From positions 1 to 64,000 of the forward strand of contig NZ_SBIV01000002.1 in NCBI RefSeq assembly GCF_004765795.1: a stretch of 64,000 bases of DNA. The letters run 5' to 3'. Positions 57,551 through 64,000 of the stretch are shown piece after piece. The first letter of the stretch is position 1. Every line of letters starts with the position of its first letter. This stretch comes from Halorussus marinus (GTDB lineage: Archaea > Halobacteriota > Halobacteria > Halobacteriales > Haladaptataceae). The position numbers were made by a program, and so were the translations under genes. The notes under the pieces were generated by a model. It saw nothing but the letters and a program-made list of their open reading frames with translations, searched no databases and was not told the origin of the DNA.

Positions 57551-60064
57551 ATGGAGCTGATAATCACCGAGAAGGACAACGCCGCCCGGCGCATCGCCGC
57601 GATTTTGAGCGGCGAGTCGGCGGAGGCCGAGCGGCGAAACGGCGTCAACGTCTACAAGTGGGGCGGCAAGCGATGCATCGGGCTGTCGGGCCACGTCGTG
57701 GGGGTCGACTTCCCCGACGAGTACAACGACTGGCGCGACGTCGAACCGGTCGAGCTCATCGACGCGCCCATCGAGAAGAAAGCCACCAAGGAGAACATCG
57801 TCCGCACCCTCCGACTGCTGGCCCGGGACGCCGATCAGGTCACCATCGCGACCGACTACGACCGCGAGGGCGAACTCATCGGCAAGGAGGCCTGGGAGCT
57901 CGTCCGGGAGGCCAACGACGACGTGCCGATCCGGCGGGTCCGGTTCTCCTCGATCACCGAAAACGAGGTCGTCGACGCGTTCGCCGACCCCGACGAGCTC
58001 GATTTCGACCTCGCGGCCGCGGGCGAGGCCCGCCAGGAGATCGACCTCATCTGGGGCGCGGCCCTGACCCGATTTCTCTCGCTTTCGGCCCGCCAGCTCG
58101 GCGAGGACTTCATCTCCGTCGGGCGCGTCCAGAGCCCGACCCTCAAGCTCATCGTGGACCGAGAGCGCGAGATCGAGGCGTTCGACCCCGAGGACTACTG
58201 GGAGCTGTTCGCCGACCTCCTGAAAGAGACCGACGAGGAGACCGCCGAGTTCGAGTCCCAGTACTTCTATCTCGACGAGGACGACAACGAGGCCGAGCGC
58301 GTCTGGGACGAGGCGGCCGCCGAGACCGCCTTCGAGGCGCTCGAAGCCGCGACCGAGGCGATCGTCGAGCGCGTCTCGCGGCGGACCCGGACCGACGACC
58401 CGCCCGCGCCGTTCAACACCACCCAGTTCATCCGGGCGGCCGGGAGCCTCGGCTACTCGGCCCAGCGCGCGATGAGCATCGCCGAGGATCTCTACACCGC
58501 GGGGTACATCACCTACCCCCGGACCGACAACACGGTGTACCCCGACGATCTGGACCCCGAGGAGTTGCTCGACGCCTTCGCCGGGGACTACCACTTCGGC
58601 GACGACGCCGAGGACCTGCTTGGGGCCGACGAGATCGAACCGACCGAGGGCGACGAGGAGACCACCGACCACCCGCCGATCCACCCGACCGAGGACGTCC
58701 CGACGAAGGGCGAACTCGACGACGACGAGTGGGAGGTGTACGAGCTGGTCGTCCGGCGGTTCTTCGCCACGGTGGCCGAGTCGGCGACGTGGGAACACCT
58801 CAAGGTCGTCGCGGGCGTCGAGGCCGACGGCGACACCCACCGGCTCAAGGCCAACGGCAAGCGCCTGCTCGAAGAGGGCTACCACGCGGTCTACCCCTAC
58901 TTCAACAGCACCGAGAACTACGTCCCGGACGTGACCGAGGGCGAGTCCCTCGCGATCACCGACGCCCGCATCGAGGACAAACAGACCCAGCCGCCCCGGC
59001 GGTACGGCCAGTCGCGGCTCATCGAGACCATGGAGGAGCTTGGGGTGGGGACGAAGTCGACCCGCCACAACACCGTCGAGAAACTCTACGACCGGGGCTA
59101 CGTCGAGGGCGACCCGCCGCGCCCGACCCAGCTGGCGAAGGCGGTCGTGGAGGCCGCCGAGGAGTACGCCGAGTTGGTGGTCAGCGAGGAGATGACCAGC
59201 GACCTCGAAGCCGACATGACCGCCATCGCGGAGGGCGAGGCCGACCTGAACGAGGTGGCCGACGAGTCCCGCGAGTACCTCCAGCAGGTGTTCGACGAGC
59301 TTCGGGACTCCCGCGAGGAGGTCGGCGATCTGCTCCAGAAGTCGCTGAAGGCCGACAAGACCCTCGGGCCGTGTCCCGACTGCGGCGAGGAGCTACTGGT
59401 GCGCCAGAGTCGTCGGGGGTCGTACTTCGTCGGCTGTGACGGCTACCCCGACTGTGAGTACACCCTGCCGTTGCCAAACACCGGCAAGCCGCTGATCCTC
59501 GACGAGACCTGCGACGACCACGACCTCCACCACGTCAAGATGCTCGCGGGCCGCCAGACGTTCGTCCACGGCTGTCCGCTCTGCAAGGCCGAAGAGGCCG
59601 ACGAGGCCGACGACGAGGTCATCGGCGAGTGTCCGGACTGCGCCGACGAACACGGCGGCGAACTCGCCATCAAGCACCTCCAGAACGGCTCGCGGCTGGT
59701 GGGCTGTACGCGCTATCCCGACTGCGACTACTCGCTGCCGCTCCCCCGTCGGGGCGACATCGAGGTCACCGACGAGCGGTGCGAGGAACACGACCTGCCC
59801 GAGCTGGTGGTCCACAACGGCGACGAGCCGTGGGAACTGGGCTGTCCGATCTGCAACTACCGGGAGTTTCAGGCCCGCGACAGCGAGTCGGGCACCGACC
59901 TCGAGAGCCTCGACGGCATCGGCGCGAAGACCGCCGAGAAGCTCGAAGCCGCGGGCATCGAGAGCGTCGACGACCTGAAAGACGCCGAGGTCGAGACGGT
60001 GGCGTCGGAAGTGCAGGGCGTGAGCGAAGACCGGCTCCGGAGCTGGCAGGCGAAAGCCGACTAG
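57551..60064 (+). CDS. topA: DNA topoisomerase I (type IA) with zinc ribbons and C-terminal HhH
   Basis: IITEK, ATDYDREGE, GRVQSP, ITYPRTD, CPDC repeats, GIGAKTA; GGAGGTG before ATG. Confidence 0.97.
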   Translation: MELIITEKDNAARRIAAILSGESAEAERRNGVNVYKWGGKRCIGLSGHVVGVDFPDEYNDWRDVEPVELIDAPIEKKATKENIVRTLRLLARDADQVTIATDYDREGELIGKEAWELVREANDDVPIRRVRFSSITENEVVDAFADPDELDFDLAAAGEARQEIDLIWGAALTRFLSLSARQLGEDFISVGRVQSPTLKLIVDREREIEAFDPEDYWELFADLLKETDEETAEFESQYFYLDEDDNEAERVWDEAAAETAFEALEAATEAIVERVSRRTRTDDPPAPFNTTQFIRAAGSLGYSAQRAMSIAEDLYTAGYITYPRTDNTVYPDDLDPEELLDAFAGDYHFGDDAEDLLGADEIEPTEGDEETTDHPPIHPTEDVPTKGELDDDEWEVYELVVRRFFATVAESATWEHLKVVAGVEADGDTHRLKANGKRLLEEGYHAVYPYFNSTENYVPDVTEGESLAITDARIEDKQTQPPRRYGQSRLIETMEELGVGTKSTRHNTVEKLYDRGYVEGDPPRPTQLAKAVVEAAEEYAELVVSEEMTSDLEADMTAIAEGEADLNEVADESREYLQQVFDELRDSREEVGDLLQKSLKADKTLGPCPDCGEELLVRQSRRGSYFVGCDGYPDCEYTLPLPNTGKPLILDETCDDHDLHHVKMLAGRQTFVHGCPLCKAEEADEADDEVIGECPDCADEHGGELAIKHLQNGSRLVGCTRYPDCDYSLPLPRRGDIEVTDERCEEHDLPELVVHNGDEPWELGCPICNYREFQARDSESGTDLESLDGIGAKTAEKLEAAGIESVDDLKDAEVETVASEVQGVSEDRLRSWQAKAD

Positions 60065-60234
60065 GTGTAAGGGAGTCCGGAGTCGCTGTCTGGAAGCGAG
60101 ACCGGACCCGAGACACCCGGTTCGGTAGGGTCGTGGTGTTTGCTCTCCGGTGCGGCACCTATCAGAATCAGACCGGTTTGGAGGAGAGTTGTAGAATGCA
60201 TTACTATTATGGTCGAGCCTCGGATCTCTCCGAT

Positions 60235-60861
60235 ATGTCCCTCGCCGACAGCGGACGGCCCGAAATCGAGCGCTGGACTGGGCGACTACTGGGGGTCGCT
60301 GGCGCGACCCTCTTGATCGAGGCCGCCAGTGGCCTCTACGGTGAGAGTCTGGCCGGCGTTCCGTTTTCGTGGGCGCTCTCTGCGATTCCGTTCGGCATCG
60401 GATTCGCCCTCGCACCGCTCGTGTTGCTCAGGTCGTATCAGTCTCTCGCCGACCGCACCCCGATGACAGCAATCGTCGGGGTTGCGTTCGTGGCGTCACT
60501 ACCGGTGGGGACCATCGTCTTGGTTGGGTGGGCCAGCCTGGCGCGTGCCAGCGATCTCGTACCCAACGTGACTGTCCTGCCGGTCACGATCAGTACCGCC
60601 TTTTTCACGCTTTTGGGCCTGTTTGCGATTGGTATCGCGGTGTTCGGAGTCGTTTTCTTCCGGGACGACCGAACCCGGTTGCTCGGTGGATCGCTGGTGC
60701 TGTTTGCGTCCGGGTGGGCCATCCCGCTGGCTGTGGCAAAACTGTCGGGCGCATATCCATCGTGGCTCGCGGATGTGCTGGTCGTCTCGGTGGCGACGAG
60801 CATGCTCGTCGTCGGCTACGCCTTTCCACCGACCGAACCCGATCGTGGTTGGCACAACTAA
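60235..60861 (+). CDS. Multi-pass membrane protein, atypical codon usage
   Basis: ~6 TM, more T/A-ending codons than its neighbours; AT-rich upstream (CATTACTATTAT). Confidence 0.75.
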   Translation: MSLADSGRPEIERWTGRLLGVAGATLLIEAASGLYGESLAGVPFSWALSAIPFGIGFALAPLVLLRSYQSLADRTPMTAIVGVAFVASLPVGTIVLVGWASLARASDLVPNVTVLPVTISTAFFTLLGLFAIGIAVFGVVFFRDDRTRLLGGSLVLFASGWAIPLAVAKLSGAYPSWLADVLVVSVATSMLVVGYAFPPTEPDRGWHN

Positions 60862-60904
60862 TCGCGCCACAGTGCGGGCGGGAGGAAGTGACAAGCGAGA
60901 TTCC

Positions 60905-61022
60905 GTGACGGCGTCTGGCCGGGAAAAGCGAACGCAGGCTCGGGGACTCTGCTCTTTCGGCGGTTTTCGATCGAGCGTTTGCAAGGGCGACGCGTTCAGG
61001 CACCGCCCGCAACGAAAGGTCG
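60905..61022 (-). repeat. Dispersed palindromic repeat, copy 4 (degenerate/truncated)
   Basis: Reverse strand CGACCTTTCGTTGCGGGCGGTGCCTGAACGCGTCGCCCTTGCAAACGCTCG..AAAACCGCCG..CCCGAGCCTGCGTTCGCTTT..CAGACGCCGTCAC. Confidence 0.82.
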
Positions 61023-61063
61023 TTCCGAAGGGGTTTTAGCCCGCCTCGGGGTTAACTCGAACA

Positions 61064-61762
61064 ATGACTGCACCGTGGGACGACTGGGACCACGTCCTGA
61101 AGATCGACCCCGACAAGCGTCTCGTGGAGGGCGAGACCTTCGAGGACGTCTGTCGGACCGGAACCGACGCGCTCGAAATCGGCGGCACGCTCGACGTGAC
61201 CAGCGAGAAGATGGAGCAGGTCATCGACGCCTGCGCGAAGTACGACGTCCCCCTGTATCAGGAGCCGAGCAACCCCGCGGTCGTCGTCGAGGACGAGGCG
61301 CTCGACGGCTACCTCGTGCCGGTCGTGCTCAACGCGGGCGGCGTCTCGTGGGTGACGGGCGCACACAAAGAGTGGGTCCGGATCACCGACGTCGACTGGG
61401 ACCGGACGACGACCGAAGCCTACATCATCATGAACCCCGACGCGAGCGTGGCCGAACTCACCGGCGCCGACTGCGACCAGTCGGTCGAGGACGTGGCGGC
61501 CTACGCCGAACTGGCCGAACAAATGCTCGGCCAGGAGATCGTCTACGTCGAGTACTCGGGCACCTTCGGCGACCCGGAGGTCGTCGCGGCGGCTCAGGGA
61601 GCGCTCGACGCGGCCACGCTCTTCTACGGCGGCGGCATCCACGACTACGACTCGGCGTACGCGATGGCCCAGCACGCCGACACCGTGGTCGTCGGCGATC
61701 TCGTCCACGAGGAGGGCGTCGACGCGGTCGCAGAGACCGTCGACGCCGCGAAAGACGCCTAG
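61064..61762 (+). CDS. pcrB: PcrB-family (geranylgeranyl/heptaprenyl)glyceryl phosphate synthase
   Basis: [30 protein letters not shown]. Confidence 0.9.
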   Translation: MTAPWDDWDHVLKIDPDKRLVEGETFEDVCRTGTDALEIGGTLDVTSEKMEQVIDACAKYDVPLYQEPSNPAVVVEDEALDGYLVPVVLNAGGVSWVTGAHKEWVRITDVDWDRTTTEAYIIMNPDASVAELTGADCDQSVEDVAAYAELAEQMLGQEIVYVEYSGTFGDPEVVAAAQGALDAATLFYGGGIHDYDSAYAMAQHADTVVVGDLVHEEGVDAVAETVDAAKDA

Positions 61763-63972
61763 AAGGCGAGTCGTTCGAGGAGTTTTCCGACCGGCCCCGG
61801 ACGCCGCGACCGGTGGGGGTACACCTGGATCGAGGGCGTCTCGGACTCGTCGACGATCTGTTCGTGCGAGCGACTCCACAGGATCCGGCGGACCTGTCCG
61901 CCGTCGTCGCCCACGACCGCGATGTCGACCGCGTGGGTCGCGTCGGCCAGATCCGCCAGCGCGTCGCCGTCGGTCTCGACGAGTCGAGACTCGACCGGCA
62001 CCGAACAGACCGATTCGAGTTCGGCGTGGTAGTCCCGGAGCGTCTCGCGGCGTTCGGGCGTGGCCGACGGCGAAACCGGGTAGAGCAGTTCGATCTCCGC
62101 GCCCACTTGCGCCGCGAGCGCGTTCGCGACTTCGACCTTCAGCGGGTCGTAGGGGCCCCGATCGGTGACGATGCCGAGCACGCCGACGGCGTCGAACCCC
62201 CGGTCGTCGACCGCGAGCACGTCGCAGGGCGCGTGGTCGAGGACCCACTCGAAGTCGTTGCGCAACAGACCGAACCGGCGCGGCGTCGAGTCGCGTTCGA
62301 GCACGATCACGTCGGTGTCGTGGTGGTCGGCGAAGTTGACGACCGCGTGCTTGGTGTCGTGGCTCACGATCTCGCCGTACTCGACGGGCACGTCGACGTC
62401 GGCCGCGAGCCGGTCGGTCCGTTCTTCGAACCGGATGTCGGCCGGCGACTGGGTCGCCGAGGCCTGTTCGAGGGGCGTCTGGTCGGGCACCTCGTCGAAC
62501 TGGACCACCCGGACCGTCCCCGAGCCCTGCCTGACGAGGTCGGCCGCGACGCCGAGGAGCGCGGCCTCGCGCTCCTCTGAGGTGTCCTCGGTGACGGGGA
62601 CGAGCACCTCGTAGCCGCCGGCGCCGTCGACCGCCGAGCGGGTCCGTTCGACGACGCGCCGGCCCATCGACCGCCTGACGGCGTCTCTGGCGACGCCCTC
62701 GCGGTCGATGCGGTCGCGGACGTAGACGACGTACCACACCGCCGATCCCGCGATGATAGCCGCCGACCCGAGCAGCGCCACGGTCCCCATCTGGGTGAGG
62801 AGCGCGAGGCCGCCGACCGCGCCGAACGCCTGCGTCCACGGGTAGAGCGGCGACTCGAACGCCGGGTCGTAGTCCTCGACGTCGCCCTCGCGGAACGCCA
62901 CGACGGCGACGTTGATGAGCACGAACACGAGGATCTGGAACGCGCTCGCGAGCTTCGCGATGTCGAGGATCGGGACGAACGCGATCAGCGCGAGCATCAC
63001 CACGCCGGTGAGCGAGATGGCGCGCGTCGGCGTGTTGAACCGATCGCTGACGGTGCTGAGCGAGTCGGGCATCAGCTTGTCGCGGCTCATCGCGAGGGGG
63101 TACCGCGACGACGAGAGGATGCCGGCGTTGGCGGTGCTCACGAGCGCCAGCACCGCCGCGACGACGACGATGACGACCCCGGGCTGGGCGAGCGCGACTT
63201 CCGCGGCGTCGGCCATCGGCGTCAGCGACCCGGACAGCACCTCGCCGGGCACGATCCCGACGACGACGAACACGATGAGAACGTACAGCAACGTCGTGAA
63301 GCCAAGCGAGCCGAGGATCCCGAGCGGGATGTTCCGGTCGGGGTTCTCGACTTCCTCGGCGACGCTGGCGATCTTCGTCACACCCGCGTAGGAGACGAAC
63401 ACGAGTCCGGTCGCGGCGAACAGTCCGCCGGCGCCCTTCGCGAAAAAGCCCTCGTACTGGGCGGCCTCGATCGACCCGGCCCCGCCGCCGACGAACCAGA
63501 CGAGCGCGGCGAGCATCGCGGCGACGATGCCGACCTGGAGCCGGCCGGTCTGCTTGGCGCCGAGCATGTTCACCGCGACGAGGAAGGCGGCGAGTCCGAG
63601 CGCCACCGGCTTCACCGGGAGGTCGAACAGTACGACGAGGTACGGAACCCCACCGACGAGCGCGAGCGCGCCCTTGAACGACAGCGAAAACCAGGTTCCG
63701 AGCCCGGCGATGGTGCCCAGTAGCGGGCCCATCCCGCGTTCGATGAAGATGTAGGTCCCGCCGGCTTCGGGCATCGCGGTCGCCATCTCGGCCTTGCTCA
63801 ACGCCGCGGGGAGCACGAGGAGGCCCGCCGCCAGATACGCGAGGATGACCGCCGGACCCGCCATCTTGAGCGCGAGCGCGGGGAGGATGAAGATACCGCT
63901 GCCGATCATCGCGCCGATGCTGATAGCGATCACCGCGAACAGTCCGAGGTCTCGTTCGAGTTCCTTTCCCAT
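61759..63972 (-). CDS. APC-family amino acid permease fused to USP-like domains
   Basis: [36 protein letters not shown]; soluble C-terminus with VLVPV and APCDVL. Confidence 0.92.
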   Translation of the reverse strand: MGKELERDLGLFAVIAISIGAMIGSGIFILPALALKMAGPAVILAYLAAGLLVLPAALSKAEMATAMPEAGGTYIFIERGMGPLLGTIAGLGTWFSLSFKGALALVGGVPYLVVLFDLPVKPVALGLAAFLVAVNMLGAKQTGRLQVGIVAAMLAALVWFVGGGAGSIEAAQYEGFFAKGAGGLFAATGLVFVSYAGVTKIASVAEEVENPDRNIPLGILGSLGFTTLLYVLIVFVVVGIVPGEVLSGSLTPMADAAEVALAQPGVVIVVVAAVLALVSTANAGILSSSRYPLAMSRDKLMPDSLSTVSDRFNTPTRAISLTGVVMLALIAFVPILDIAKLASAFQILVFVLINVAVVAFREGDVEDYDPAFESPLYPWTQAFGAVGGLALLTQMGTVALLGSAAIIAGSAVWYVVYVRDRIDREGVARDAVRRSMGRRVVERTRSAVDGAGGYEVLVPVTEDTSEEREAALLGVAADLVRQGSGTVRVVQFDEVPDQTPLEQASATQSPADIRFEERTDRLAADVDVPVEYGEIVSHDTKHAVVNFADHHDTDVIVLERDSTPRRFGLLRNDFEWVLDHAPCDVLAVDDRGFDAVGVLGIVTDRGPYDPLKVEVANALAAQVGAEIELLYPVSPSATPERRETLRDYHAELESVCSVPVESRLVETDGDALADLADATHAVDIAVVGDDGGQVRRILWSRSHEQIVDESETPSIQVYPHRSRRPGPVGKLLERLAF

Positions 63973-64000
63973 GGTCAGCTCTCCCCGGAAGAGCGTTTGA

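Noticed and set aside
936..64000. Many long Arg/Gly/Pro-rich or antisense ORFs in the track (e.g. 30123-32369, 51155-53077, 57544-59439)
   Set aside because: Shadow frames of high-GC genes, overlapping well-supported CDSs, with no motifs.
63975..64000. Possible 3' end of an upstream minus-strand gene
   Set aside because: Only ~8 codons visible; unsupportable.

Overview
High-GC chromosomal window from a halophilic archaeon (Halobacteria-type), judged from acidic proteins, archaeal ribosomal/RNAP genes, PGF-CTERM proteins and leaderless starts ~25-30 nt after TATA boxes. Mostly core genome. From left: the right end of an IS element truncating a membrane-anchored gene (1-736); mrp/moaA; tRNA-Ser, rps13-rps4-rps11-rpoD, tRNA-Leu, rpl18e-rpl13-rps9-rpoN-rpoK-eno-rps2; PiT/USP; MeaB plus a B12-binding subunit; an ABC exporter; two divergent PGF-CTERM surface proteins (one with 8 PKD repeats); a respiratory region (heme synthase fusion, coxB, coxC, and a Rieske/cytochrome b operon with halocyanin and no cytochrome c1); nth, phosphomevalonate decarboxylase, fatty-acid genes, geranylgeranyl reductase/ferredoxin, gatB, MATE, topA, PcrB-type GGGP synthase, and an APC-USP permease. 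The most notable unexplained signal is four copies of a non-coding, modular, hairpin-rich repeat (41654, 49115, 49526, 60905) with compensatory stem changes. Its 'head' abuts stop codons or promoters of core genes and its 'tail' faces short or compositionally atypical genes. All family calls come from motif recognition, not database searches; starts were re-picked by eye where the ORF track over-extends.
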